DNA of 64,000 nucleotides from Verrucomicrobiota bacterium. Lineage in GTDB: Bacteria > Verrucomicrobiota > Lentisphaeria > Lentisphaerales > Lentisphaeraceae. This document shows, piece by piece, positions 9,773 through 19,036 of this stretch. The translations under genes and the position numbers were made by a program. Position 1 is the stretch's first letter, and each line of letters begins with the position of its first letter. The stretch is from positions 160,001-224,000 of the forward strand of contig JBDKFG010000001.1 of the NCBI GenBank assembly GCA_039798785.1. Reading direction: 5' to 3'. Under the pieces are notes generated by a model that ran no database searches, was not told where the DNA came from, and saw only the letters and a program-made list of their open reading frames with translations.

Positions 9773-11287
9773 ATGAATTACTTCAAAACTACGTATGCTG
9801 GTCTTTTCTCGATGGCCATTTTTTGCAGCTTACCGCTCATGGCGGGGCAGCGGGCTACTGATTGGGAAGATGTGCAAAGACAGGCCAAGACGCAGCCGCA
9901 GGCGGTGGCGATCCTTTTGACTGGCTCGGACTGGAACCCTCCCAGCCCCGGCGCACTGGCCGAGTGGAATTTGCCACAGATGGAAAAAGTGAGCGGGAAT
10001 ATCCGTCTCCTCCATATCGATCACCCCAACTACCCGGATGCGGCTGCCCAGCAGCGGGAGAAGAAAAACGAAGAACTCCAGCTCAAACACGTGGTCTACT
10101 CTTATCCTGCCTTGGTCCTGAAAGATAAGAATGGGCACTATCTCGCCACCAAAGAGAGCCTGCAGGGGGCACCGGGGGAAATCGCCAAGATCATGGGCGA
10201 ATGGCGGGTTATGGTCGAAAAGTACGAGGCGGAATTGGCTAAAGTCCCCGCCGCGAAGGGGGTGGAAAAAGCCCGTCAGATCGGCCGTGCCCTGGATGTG
10301 CTGCCCCTGAACTTTGCCTTTGAGCAAGACGATCTGCTGAAGCAGCTGGGCGAGGCCGATCCTAAGGATCAGACAGGATATGTTTATAAATATCTCCAGT
10401 GGGAACGCCAGGCTGGCGGCAGCCGTGTAGGCGCGTCTGCCAGGGCGCTGGGAAAGAAAAAGAACTACAAAGAGCTCAATGAGCTGATTGCCTATATTAA
10501 CGTGAGATTGAAGAATCCGGTTATCAATACGGAGCAAAAGCAAGTTCTGCTTGCAGGGACTTATGCTGCCTATAGGTTTATGCCCAATACCAATGAGCAG
10601 CAACGACAGGCGCTGACTCAAATTGTGAAGATAGATCCGAGCAGTATCCCTGGGCGTGGGGCTCAAGGCTTGCTGCAGGCTTTGGATCGCGCTCGAGAAG
10701 CCCAGAAACTGCAGGGCATTTTAGAGAAAAATCCCGATGACATGGCGACTCTAAAAAAGTTTTTGACTTACAGCGATGTCAATGACTACGGCAGATTGGT
10801 CTATCTCGACCCAAAGACGCTTCCCTCGCACCAGTATCTGATCGATGCGAAGCTGAGCCTGTCGGCGAATGGCGCCGAGCCCAAAGATCAATGGCTCCGC
10901 CATTTAGTGACGAATCCAAAGTGCAGCGGTTATGTTACTGTTCCCAAAGGTCCGGATCAATGGGTGCAATTGGACTTTTCCACCGTCAAGGACGTGGAGA
11001 GGGTGCTTTTAAGTACTAACGCTCAAGGAAAGAATATCTTTAGCGGAGTTGCCCTTGAGACCTCGCAGGATGGCAAGACCTGGACGGAGAGAGGACGGAC
11101 CAAGGAGAAGGAATACTCCTTGGATGTTGCACTTCAGGGAGTCAAGGCCCGTTATGTCCGCTGCCGGCGGGTCGAGGGTGGTAAATCCCTGATTGTGGCG
11201 GATTTCCTAGCCTACAGTAAGAATAGCAAGGTAGACGCGGCGGAAGAAGAGGATTCCGAGGATTCCGCAGACGCTCAGAACTTGTAA
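9773..11287 (+). CDS. Secreted protein with thioredoxin-like N-terminus (no CxxC) and C-terminal discoidin-like domain
   Basis: Signal peptide; LTGSDWNPPS...YPALVL; WVQLDF...SQDGKTW...ARYVR; AAGGAG RBS. Confidence 0.6.
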   Translation: MNYFKTTYAGLFSMAIFCSLPLMAGQRATDWEDVQRQAKTQPQAVAILLTGSDWNPPSPGALAEWNLPQMEKVSGNIRLLHIDHPNYPDAAAQQREKKNEELQLKHVVYSYPALVLKDKNGHYLATKESLQGAPGEIAKIMGEWRVMVEKYEAELAKVPAAKGVEKARQIGRALDVLPLNFAFEQDDLLKQLGEADPKDQTGYVYKYLQWERQAGGSRVGASARALGKKKNYKELNELIAYINVRLKNPVINTEQKQVLLAGTYAAYRFMPNTNEQQRQALTQIVKIDPSSIPGRGAQGLLQALDRAREAQKLQGILEKNPDDMATLKKFLTYSDVNDYGRLVYLDPKTLPSHQYLIDAKLSLSANGAEPKDQWLRHLVTNPKCSGYVTVPKGPDQWVQLDFSTVKDVERVLLSTNAQGKNIFSGVALETSQDGKTWTERGRTKEKEYSLDVALQGVKARYVRCRRVEGGKSLIVADFLAYSKNSKVDAAEEEDSEDSADAQNL

Positions 11288-11333
11288 GACTGAGTTTGAG
11301 GTGACCTGCTGGATTCCTGAGCAAAATTTCATA

Positions 11334-11347
11334 CGTGTACGTACACG
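11334..11347. promoter_or_regulatory. Perfect 14-bp palindrome CGTGTACGTACACG, candidate operator
   Basis: In AT-rich intergenic DNA 70 bp upstream of a sulfatase pair; core TGTACGTACA resembles the B. subtilis AraR operator. Confidence 0.5.
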
Positions 11348-11416
11348 CATGTGTAAATTCTTACTACGATACGCAATGATGGTATTTTTAACCTATTACG
11401 AAGGGAGTCCGCCCCC

Positions 11417-12964
11417 ATGAGCCGTTTCAGTGTCTGTCCTCTGATTGCTTTCTGCGCCCTGTGGGTTTCGGCTGCCGCCGCCGAGGCAGACAGCTCACCG
11501 CTCCCGCCTTCGCCTCCGGTCAAGGAGAAGATGAATGTCCTTTTTATCATTGTGGACGATCTGCGGCCGGATCTTGCCTGCTATGGCCTGGATTCCGTCA
11601 AGAGCCCGAATATCGACAAGCTGGCCAGCCAGGGCGTGCTTTTCCGCAATGCCTACTGCCAGCAGGCCGTCTGCGCCCCTTCGCGGATCAGCGTGCTTTC
11701 CGGTCTGCGTCCTGACTCCACCGGTGTTTTCGACCTCGATCATCCCTTGCGGAAAGTGCTTCCGGATGTGCTCTCGCTCCCGCAGTATTTTCGCAACAAC
11801 GGCTATGAAACCAGTTCTTTAGGCAAGGTGTATCATCATCTGCACGATGATGACGGCCAGGGCTGGACAAGTCCAGCCTGGCGGCCTGAAGGGGCCTGGA
11901 AGGGGCGCGGCTACCTGGCTTCTGAGCTTCAGGCGGCTGATGCTGCGGGCAAAAGCAGCAAGATCGGTCCCGCCTGGGAGTGTGCTGATGTGGCCGATGA
12001 ACTTTATCCCGATGGCCAGATAGAGCTGAAGGCGGAAGCCGAGCTGCGGCGCTTTAAAGCCGAGGGCAAGCCCTTCTTCCTCGCGGTCGGCTTTAATAAA
12101 CCGCACCTGCCCTTTTGTGCCCCCAAGCGCTACTGGGATCTCTATGATGAGGCGGCGCTGAGCTTGCCGGAGCAGGCCACCTGGCCGGCCGGCATGCCCC
12201 CGCTGGCGGGCACCACCTGGAGCGAACTGCGCCAATACACCGGCATCAATAAAAAGGGAGAGTTGACCCAGGAGACAGCCCGCAAACTCATTCACGGATA
12301 CCATGCCTGCGTGAGTTACACCGACGCCCTGATCGGCAAGCTGCTCGCCGAGCTGGATCGACAGGGTCTGCGCGACAATACCGTGATCGTGCTCTTTGGT
12401 GACCACGGGTGGAAGCTGGGGGAATACGGCGCCTGGACGAAGCACACGAACTTTGAACTCGATACGCAAGCGCCTTTGATCTTCGCCGCTCCCGGCCTGG
12501 CCGGCAAGGGGCAGAAGAGCCCCGCACTGGCGGAATTTGTCGACATCTACCCTACGCTCGCCGAGCTCAGCGGACTGCCCGTTCCCGCTCATTGCGAGGG
12601 CGTGAGCCTGGTTCCGGTCCTTCAGAACCCGCTGCTGCCGTGGAAGCAGGCGGCCTTCAGCCAATACCCGCGCGGCAAGCTGATGGGCTATACACTGCGC
12701 TGCGGCCAATGGCGCTACACCGAGTGGATTGATCCGGCTTCGCAGACGGTGGCAGCCCGTGAGCTTTACGATCATCAAAAGGGTCCGGTCGCGAGTAAGA
12801 ATCTGGCCGAAGAGCCCGATTGCGCCGAGACGGTCAAGCGACTCTCTGCGCTCTTGCAGGGCGGCAAAGGATGGAAAGCAGTCCAGCAGAACATCACGGC
12901 CCGGCCCCGGAGCGACGCGGAAAACTCTCAGAAAACTCCAGTCAAACATGAGGATGCACGATGA
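11417..12964 (+). CDS. Iduronate-2-sulfatase-like sulfatase
   Basis: NVLFIIVDDLRP, CAPSR, GKVYH, KPHLPF, DHGWKLGE; signal peptide. Confidence 0.92.
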   Translation: MSRFSVCPLIAFCALWVSAAAAEADSSPLPPSPPVKEKMNVLFIIVDDLRPDLACYGLDSVKSPNIDKLASQGVLFRNAYCQQAVCAPSRISVLSGLRPDSTGVFDLDHPLRKVLPDVLSLPQYFRNNGYETSSLGKVYHHLHDDDGQGWTSPAWRPEGAWKGRGYLASELQAADAAGKSSKIGPAWECADVADELYPDGQIELKAEAELRRFKAEGKPFFLAVGFNKPHLPFCAPKRYWDLYDEAALSLPEQATWPAGMPPLAGTTWSELRQYTGINKKGELTQETARKLIHGYHACVSYTDALIGKLLAELDRQGLRDNTVIVLFGDHGWKLGEYGAWTKHTNFELDTQAPLIFAAPGLAGKGQKSPALAEFVDIYPTLAELSGLPVPAHCEGVSLVPVLQNPLLPWKQAAFSQYPRGKLMGYTLRCGQWRYTEWIDPASQTVAARELYDHQKGPVASKNLAEEPDCAETVKRLSALLQGGKGWKAVQQNITARPRSDAENSQKTPVKHEDAR

Positions 12965-14430
12965 AGAAACTTATCATTCTTGGCCTGGCCTGGCTCGCCA
13001 GCCTGGCCGCCTGCACAGCCGCCCTGGCCCCGCAGGCCAGCGCCGATAGCGCTCCGGAGGCGCCGGCGCCGGCGGCCCTGACGCGCCCCAACATTCTTTT
13101 CATTTTCACCGATCAGCAGACCATCGGGGCGCTCAGCTGCGCCGGGAATCCGTACCTCCACACTCCCGCGATGGACAGCCTGGCGGCGCGCGGGATGCGT
13201 TTTGAAAAGTCCTACTGCACTTATCCCTTGTGCGCCCCCTCGCGCGGCAGCCTGTTCACCTCGCGCACTCCCCACGAACTGGGCATCTATGAGAATGACG
13301 ATGCTGAACTGGCCTCCAAAAAGTTTTTAAACGCCCAGACCATGGGCGAGATTTTTCAGGCGGCAGGCTACGAGACCGCTTACGCCGGGAAATGGCACTT
13401 GAACGCTCCCTGGCCAGGCTTCGGCTCAGGGCACAAGATCCCCGGATTTGCAACCCTGCCTCTCGTGTCGGGGAAGAACATCAGCAAGATTGATAAAAAG
13501 AAGGAGGCCAAGGGCCTGACGGCAGACCCTAGCATCGCCGATGCCTCGATTGCCTTTTTGCGCCAGAAGCATGACAAGCCCTTTCTCCTGGTCACCTCCA
13601 TTTTGAACCCGCATGACATCTGCGAATACTCCAGCTGCGAGGCCTTGCAGGCTCTGGTGCCCAGCGATCCGTCCAAGCTGCCGCCGGCCCGCCCCAATAT
13701 GCATGATACCGAAACTCTGCCTTCGGCCTTACAGAACTTCACGCAGTCCTACGTGACTGAAAAGAAAGACTGGACTGAGCTGCAATGGCGTCAATATCTG
13801 TATGCCTACTATCGGCTCGTGGAAGCCTCGGACCGGGAAGTCGGGAGGGTTCTTGCCGCGCTCCAGGAAAGCGCCGCGGCCTCCAATACGATTATCGTCT
13901 TCACCTCCGATCACGGGGAAATGATGGGTTCGCACCAGATGTGCCGCAAGCAAAGACTCTATGAAGAGGCTGTCGCGGTGCCGCTCGTGGTCGTCCTGCC
14001 GGACGGTAAGAAAGCCTGGGTTAATAAGCGGCACCTCGTGAGCGGGCTCGATATCATGCCGACCTTTCTTGATTACGCCGGCATCGCCATTCCGCCCTCG
14101 CTGGGGGGACGCAGCCTGCGTCCTTTAGTGGAAGGACAAGAGGTGCCCTGGCGTGACTTTGTGGTCTCAGAGCTCAATGGCGCCGCCGAGGCCCGCATGG
14201 TGCGCAGTGCCCGCTACAAATACATCGTTTTCGCCACCGGGGAGAATCGCGAGCAGTTTTTTGACCTGGAGAAAGATCCCGGGGAACTGAAAAACCTGAT
14301 CGCCGAGCCGAGCCTTGCCGCCGAGATCGAAAAGCATCGCAAGATGCTCGTGCAGTGGCGCCTTGACACCCATGATGAGATCGGCAAGCGCGCTCCCGGC
14401 AAAGGCAAGAAAGGAAAAGAAGAGGAATGA
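12961..14430 (+). CDS. Sulfatase (choline-sulfatase-like family)
   Basis: RPNILFIFTDQQ, CAPSR, GKWHL, SDHGEM; ATGA overlap with the upstream gene. Confidence 0.9.
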   Translation: MKKLIILGLAWLASLAACTAALAPQASADSAPEAPAPAALTRPNILFIFTDQQTIGALSCAGNPYLHTPAMDSLAARGMRFEKSYCTYPLCAPSRGSLFTSRTPHELGIYENDDAELASKKFLNAQTMGEIFQAAGYETAYAGKWHLNAPWPGFGSGHKIPGFATLPLVSGKNISKIDKKKEAKGLTADPSIADASIAFLRQKHDKPFLLVTSILNPHDICEYSSCEALQALVPSDPSKLPPARPNMHDTETLPSALQNFTQSYVTEKKDWTELQWRQYLYAYYRLVEASDREVGRVLAALQESAAASNTIIVFTSDHGEMMGSHQMCRKQRLYEEAVAVPLVVVLPDGKKAWVNKRHLVSGLDIMPTFLDYAGIAIPPSLGGRSLRPLVEGQEVPWRDFVVSELNGAAEARMVRSARYKYIVFATGENREQFFDLEKDPGELKNLIAEPSLAAEIEKHRKMLVQWRLDTHDEIGKRAPGKGKKGKEEE

Positions 14431-14459
14431 TCGTGATGATCTCCGTGGCCTGAGCGGTC

Positions 14460-14790
14460 TTAAGAAAAAACGGGAAGAGCGCGAGCTCTTCCCGTTTTTG
14501 CTGGTTTGATCCCGGCCGGCGGGCGGCGTGGGCTGGCTTTACTTGCGCGGGCTGGTTCGTTGAGTTTTTTCAGGGCCTGCTCGAGGACGGAGTCCGTCTT
14601 GTCCAGATAGTCAATAGTCACGGGGCTTGGGGCGGGCGGGAATGTCGACTTCCACGCCATAGCCGTCAAAGGTCTGGCCATTGGGCTTGAAGGAGGCGAT
14701 GGTGGAGAGTTTGAAGGCGATTCCAGAGCGGGGGAGCTGGGTGGTGTAGGAGCCGCCGCTGCCGCCGCGGCTGCTGACGCCCATGAGGGT
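14460..14790 (-). pseudogene. C-terminal remnant of an S41-family peptidase, frameshifted
   Basis: Manual translation TLMGVSSRGGSGG...LPRSG...PNGQTFDGYGVEVDIP..., continuing DYLDKTDSVLEQAL once the 7-bp duplication ATAGTCA (14607-14620) is removed; N-terminal part absent. Confidence 0.65.
14465..14499. terminator. Bidirectional intrinsic terminator
   Basis: AAAAAA-CGGGAAGAGC-GCGA-GCTCTTCCCG-TTTTT. Confidence 0.85.
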
Positions 14791-14929
14791 TTCCTGTCTG
14801 GCAGGGTGGGGGCGGGGCAGCCCGAAGTGAAGACACTTCCGCGCGCATCCTTCGGGGCTCCGGCGCGGGCTAATTGACCGGTGTGAGGGTCAGGTATTTC
14901 AGGGTGAAGCCCCTGCACAGGTTGGCAAA

Positions 14930-15017
14930 TCAGGTCGATCTCGGCAAGGTCACCCTGTCGAACTGCGCGACCAGCGGCAGGGATCTCGATCCCAACTGCC
15001 CTCGTTGCGCTTTATGA
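14930..15017 (+). repeat. Direct repeat copy 2: orphan 3' end of prepilin-like gene (attR-like)
   Basis: Encodes QVDLGKVTLSNCATSGRDLDPNCPRCAL*, 24/26 aa identical to the end of 4318..5085; no upstream start or ORF. Confidence 0.9.
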
Positions 15018-15041
15018 TATGAAGCGCCCTGATCCCCATCA

Positions 15042-15070
15042 CAAGGCCGCCCGGTGACCGGGCGGCCTTG
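15042..15070. terminator. Perfect hairpin between convergent gene ends
   Basis: CAAGGCCGCCCGG-TGA-CCGGGCGGCCTTG, 13-bp stem; no long U tract. Confidence 0.6.
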
Positions 15071-15087
15071 CTCATCAAAGCTGTCGC

Positions 15088-16452
15088 TCAGCCCGGCATG
15101 CCGGGGGCGCTCCAGCCTTGGCGGTATTTCGGCCAGATCAGGGCGTTGGCGGCGTCGATTTCGGCGCCGGAGCCGCTGAACTTGCAGTCCGGGCCGTTCC
15201 ATTCGAATTCCTTCTCGGGCCAACGATTGAGGACGACGCCCATGAGGACGGCTTCGGTCATCGGGCCGCCGTAGGAGAAGGGCGCGGTGGCTTTCGACTG
15301 GTCGTTGGCAAGGACCGCTTCGACCCAGTCGTGGTAGTGGTTGCTGCCTTTGGCGGGCTCGGGCAGATCCTTGGCTTCGAGCTTCTTGCCGGTGGCGTCG
15401 ACGACGGTGGGCATGGGGCCGCAGTGGACAATCGACAAGGCGCCTTTGTCGCCGATGATCAAGGCGCCGGAGCCGGGGACTTCAATGCCGGGGTGAAGAT
15501 CCTTGGGGGCCTTGAGATTGCCGTTGCGCCAGTGGACTTCGATGTCGCCGTCCGAGAAGGCGGTTTTGGGGAAGCTGTATTTCACGTGGCAGTCGAAGGC
15601 GAAGAATTCTTCGGCGGGGGGCTTGGGTCCGAGCGATGTGACGCTGGTCGGCTTGGTCAAGCCGGCGGCCATGTAGATCGGGTCGAAGACGTGGCAGGCC
15701 ATGTCGCCTTGGATGCCGGTGCCGAAGGCGACCCATTTGCGCCAGTTGCCCATGTGGTAATCGCCGCTGCGCCAAGGCAGGTTGTGGGCGACGCCGAGAT
15801 AGCGGTCCCAATCCATGTTCTCGGGAGCGGGAGTCGGGGCTTTGTCGGGGACGAGGCCGCCCCAGGGTTTGCCGCCGATGCCGGAGTGGATCGCTTTGAT
15901 CTTGCCGATGACGCCTTCCTGGATCCACTTGCGGGTGGTCTGGTAGGGTTGCGAGGAGTGGATCTGGATGCCCATTTGGGTGATCACTTTCATCTTCGCC
16001 GCCATCTCGGTCATGGCGCGGCATTCGCCGATGGTGCGGGCGAGAGGTTTTTGTCCGTAGACATGTTTACCCAGCGACATGGCGAGCAGCCCGATCGGGG
16101 CGTGCATGTGGTCGGTGGTGGAGATCATGACACCGTCGATCTGATCGGCGAGTTCGGCAAAGAGATTGCGGTAGTCGGCGTAGGTCTTGATCTCGCCGTC
16201 ATGGCGCTTGGCGTATTGCTTGGCGACTTTTTCGCGCAAGCCGCGGTCGGGATCGCAGACGGCGACGAGATCGACGGATTTATGGCCCATCAATTGACCC
16301 AGGTCGCTTTGTCCCTGTCCACCGACGCCGATGGCGGCGAGACGGAGTTTCTTGGGGGCGGCGCCTTCCTGAGCCAAGGTGGCGGGGGCGATTGCGGCAG
16401 CTCCGGCGGCGGCGCCGGAAAGCTGGAAGAAGTTGCGGCGGCTGAGGGGCAT
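15088..16452 (-). CDS. Gfo/Idh/MocA oxidoreductase with Tat signal
   Basis: SRRNFF twin-arginine signal, IGVGGQG, GKHVYGQKPLA, GDMACH; true start is ATG 16452, not 17280. Confidence 0.92.
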   Translation of the reverse strand: MPLSRRNFFQLSGAAAGAAAIAPATLAQEGAAPKKLRLAAIGVGGQGQSDLGQLMGHKSVDLVAVCDPDRGLREKVAKQYAKRHDGEIKTYADYRNLFAELADQIDGVMISTTDHMHAPIGLLAMSLGKHVYGQKPLARTIGECRAMTEMAAKMKVITQMGIQIHSSQPYQTTRKWIQEGVIGKIKAIHSGIGGKPWGGLVPDKAPTPAPENMDWDRYLGVAHNLPWRSGDYHMGNWRKWVAFGTGIQGDMACHVFDPIYMAAGLTKPTSVTSLGPKPPAEEFFAFDCHVKYSFPKTAFSDGDIEVHWRNGNLKAPKDLHPGIEVPGSGALIIGDKGALSIVHCGPMPTVVDATGKKLEAKDLPEPAKGSNHYHDWVEAVLANDQSKATAPFSYGGPMTEAVLMGVVLNRWPEKEFEWNGPDCKFSGSGAEIDAANALIWPKYRQGWSAPGMPG

Positions 16453-16638
16453 GAATGGCTCCTTGAAGTTTTGGCAGAGGGGCGGCTTGTCTATGATGCC
16501 TATTTTTGCCAGGAGTTCCCGCGAAGTTTCTCGTCTAGGAACCTTCTGGGGAAGAGAGCTGTCCAAGCCTCCGGAAACGGCGACTTGTGAATTTCCCGGG
16601 AGGCCGTCTTGTGAAGGGTTCAAATTCAGGAGAAGCCG

Positions 16639-17430
16639 ATGATTCCCCGCCGCCAAGTTCTTCCTGGTCTGGAGCTGCCGCTGCTCAGTCTGGGCACTGT
16701 CAAGATCGGTCGCAACACGAGTCTCAAATATCCCGGGGGCTCCTTCGAGCTGCCGAGTGAGGCCGAGCTCGAGAATCTCCTGGCTGCCGCCCGCGAGCTC
16801 GGCTGCAATTTGATCGACACGGCCCCTGCCTACGGAATCAGCGAGGAGCGACTTGGCAGGGTCCTCGGCGGTCGCTGGCAGGGCTGGCTCTGCTCTTCCA
16901 AGGCAGGCGAGGAATTCGACGGTGAGAAGAGCCGCTTCGACTTCTCGCCCGAAGCGATTCGCCATTCCTGCGAACGCAGCCTGCGCCGCCTCCGCCGCGA
17001 TCACCTCGACCTCTTCCTCCTCCACTCCGATGGCAACGACCTCGAAGTCCTCAATAGCCCCGGCCTGATGGATGAACTCAGCAGCCTCGCCGAACGCGGC
17101 CTGATCCGCGCCTGGGGCGCTTCCACCAAGACCGTCCACGGCGGACTCGAAACCCTCCGCCGCGGCGGCGTCCCGATGATCATGCTTAACCTCGAAGCCC
17201 GCGATGAACTCGCGGTCGCCGAATACGCCGCCTCGCTCGGGCGGGGCGTGCTGGTCAAGAAGGCCCTGGCCTCGGGCCACATCGGCGACGACTCCGCCAG
17301 CCGCGAAGCGAAGCTGCGCGACACTTGGAGATTCCTATCTGGGGTGAACGGCGTCAGCTCCGTCGTCATCGGCACCACCAAGCCGGGTCATTTGCGCCAG
17401 CATGTCGACATGCTAAACGCCTTCGCCTGA
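16639..17430 (+). CDS. Aldo/keto reductase
   Basis: LSLGTVK, IDTAPAYG.SE, SLRRLRRDHLDLFLLH. Confidence 0.9.
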   Translation: MIPRRQVLPGLELPLLSLGTVKIGRNTSLKYPGGSFELPSEAELENLLAAARELGCNLIDTAPAYGISEERLGRVLGGRWQGWLCSSKAGEEFDGEKSRFDFSPEAIRHSCERSLRRLRRDHLDLFLLHSDGNDLEVLNSPGLMDELSSLAERGLIRAWGASTKTVHGGLETLRRGGVPMIMLNLEARDELAVAEYAASLGRGVLVKKALASGHIGDDSASREAKLRDTWRFLSGVNGVSSVVIGTTKPGHLRQHVDMLNAFA

Positions 17431-17432
17431 AA

Positions 17433-18278
17433 TCAAGCCAGCGCCGCGGCGCAGTTGATGTAGTGCGGCATCGCCGACCCGGTCGAGCGGTTGTCGACAT
17501 TCGGGGCGCCGCGGCCGGCCTCGTGGTCGTCGAGCTGGACGAGGCGGAAGTCGAGGCTGAAGCGGTTGCGGCCGCGCGATTGCGCCAGGGTCTGATGCAG
17601 CTGGTGGCCGGCGAAAAGCAGCACCTGGTCGCGCCGGCAGGAGAAGCCGACGCGGGCGGCGCCCTCGGGCAGGGGTCCGGTGAGCTCGGGGTAGCGGGCG
17701 GTCAGGCCGTCGTCCTTGTTCTGCCAGCCGATCTTGAGGTCCCAGTCGCGCTGCACCCAGCGCTGGTAGTCGAAGATCTCGGAGTTGTTCGGCACCACCT
17801 GATGGAACTGCTCGGGGAAGAAGACGAAGGTCTCCTCGGGCGGCAGATCGTCGAGGGGGATCCAGCAGGTGATCAGCGATTGCGAATGGGAGTACCAGGT
17901 GTCGCGGTGGGGGTAGTAGACCGCCTGGGCGCGGGGATTGTGGTGCCCGTCGTGGAGGATGGCGCGCAGGCGCAGCGGGTCGCAGACGGCCCGGGCGGGG
18001 TCGAAGCCGAGCGAGGCGACCAGCGTGGCGATGAGGCGCTGCGGCTCAGGCTGGAGGTAGAGTTCGCGACGCAACAGCCCCATCCGGCCGAAGAAGGCGT
18101 CGCCGTCGGCGCTGTGCTCGAGCGAGCGGTAGTCGGGGCCGAAATGCTTGACCAGCAGGCTCCGCACCGTCTCGCCCAGGGCGCGGCTGGCCTCGGTCGG
18201 GTCGAGCAGGAAGACCTCGCCGTCGTAAAGGGACTGGCGCAAGGTCTCGTTGCCGGCGGGGGCTTGGTGGCGGATCAT
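17433..18278 (-). CDS. Fe(II)/2-oxoglutarate dioxygenase-like protein (PhyH-like)
   Basis: HRD...WIPL...LLF...H...RFSLDFR (HxD...H triad plus RxS); ATG 18278 overlaps the upstream stop. Confidence 0.7.
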   Translation of the reverse strand: MIRHQAPAGNETLRQSLYDGEVFLLDPTEASRALGETVRSLLVKHFGPDYRSLEHSADGDAFFGRMGLLRRELYLQPEPQRLIATLVASLGFDPARAVCDPLRLRAILHDGHHNPRAQAVYYPHRDTWYSHSQSLITCWIPLDDLPPEETFVFFPEQFHQVVPNNSEIFDYQRWVQRDWDLKIGWQNKDDGLTARYPELTGPLPEGAARVGFSCRRDQVLLFAGHQLHQTLAQSRGRNRFSLDFRLVQLDDHEAGRGAPNVDNRSTGSAMPHYINCAAALA

Positions 18279-19036
18279 AGCGGTCTTCTCGCCACGATGA
18301 TCAGTCGCAGGCTGTCCATGCTGAGGGGCGAGCCGTCGAGTTCGCCGTGGATCTTGAGGTCGACGAAGCCGCAGGAGCGGAGCAGGGCGCAGATGCTGTG
18401 CGGCAGGTAGAGCCGGGTGGAGCTGTGTTTGACCTGTCGCGATCCATCGGGCAGGGTGTAGATCCAGTCCTTCAGCATCAGACCGCGATCCCAGTCGAGG
18501 CGGGTGAGGCGTTCGAGGTGAAGCTCTCCGGCGGGGGTGCTGACGCGGTTCTCGACCCGTTCGCGGAAGTGGTGCAGAACTCCGGGGAGGTTGAGGGTGT
18601 CGAGCAGGAAGAGTCCGCCGGGCTCGAGGGAGTCGAAGGCTCGTTGCAGCATGAGTCGATTGATTTCGTCCTGGTCGCTGTAGCCGAAGGAGGTCCACAT
18701 GTTGATCACCGCCTGGCGGGGTGGCGAGGCGTACCATTCGAGGGCGTCCTGCACCTCGAAGCGGGCGTTCAGGCCTTCGGAGCGGGCGCGGGCCTCGGCC
18801 TTGGCGATGTAGCCGGCGGCGAGATCGACGCCGAGCACTTCGCAGCCGAGGCGGGCGAGGGGAAGGCTGAGTCGTCCGTTGCCGCAGCACTGGTCGAGGA
18901 CGCGGGCGCCGGGCTTGAGCCCGAGCAGGCTCATCAGCGCGCGAGCCTGCTTGACGTTGTCTTCGTCCGAAGCCGCGTCGAGCAGGATCGCTTCAAGCGC
19001 TTCGTCGTAGAAGTCGTGCCACCAGGGTTTGTTCAT
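18275..19036 (-). CDS. Class I SAM-dependent methyltransferase
   Basis: VLDQCCGNGR, GVDL, TSFGY, LEPGGLFLLD. Confidence 0.9.
   Translation of the reverse strand: MNKPWWHDFYDEALEAILLDAASDEDNVKQARALMSLLGLKPGARVLDQCCGNGRLSLPLARLGCEVLGVDLAAGYIAKAEARARSEGLNARFEVQDALEWYASPPRQAVINMWTSFGYSDQDEINRLMLQRAFDSLEPGGLFLLDTLNLPGVLHHFRERVENRVSTPAGELHLERLTRLDWDRGLMLKDWIYTLPDGSRQVKHSSTRLYLPHSICALLRSCGFVDLKIHGELDGSPLSMDSLRLIIVARRPL

Larger units (their letters stand above)
5086..14929. mobile_element. Putative ~9.8 kb integrated island (sulfatase/discoidin cargo, no integrase seen)
   Basis: Bracketed by the duplicated gene end and by inverted CAACCTGTGCA (5093-5103) / TGCACAGGTTG (14914-14924); visibly more AT-rich at 8.6-11.4 kb; pseudogene at right end. 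Confidence 0.65.

Noticed and set aside
5001..15017. Diversity-generating retroelement TR/VR pair for the duplicated pilin end
   Set aside because: Mismatches are mostly synonymous G/C or T/C changes rather than adenine-specific, and no reverse transcriptase is present
15088..17280. 730-aa ORF as one fusion protein
   Set aside because: The first ~276 codons are antisense to the aldo/keto reductase and intergenic DNA; the real gene starts at the Tat signal (16452)
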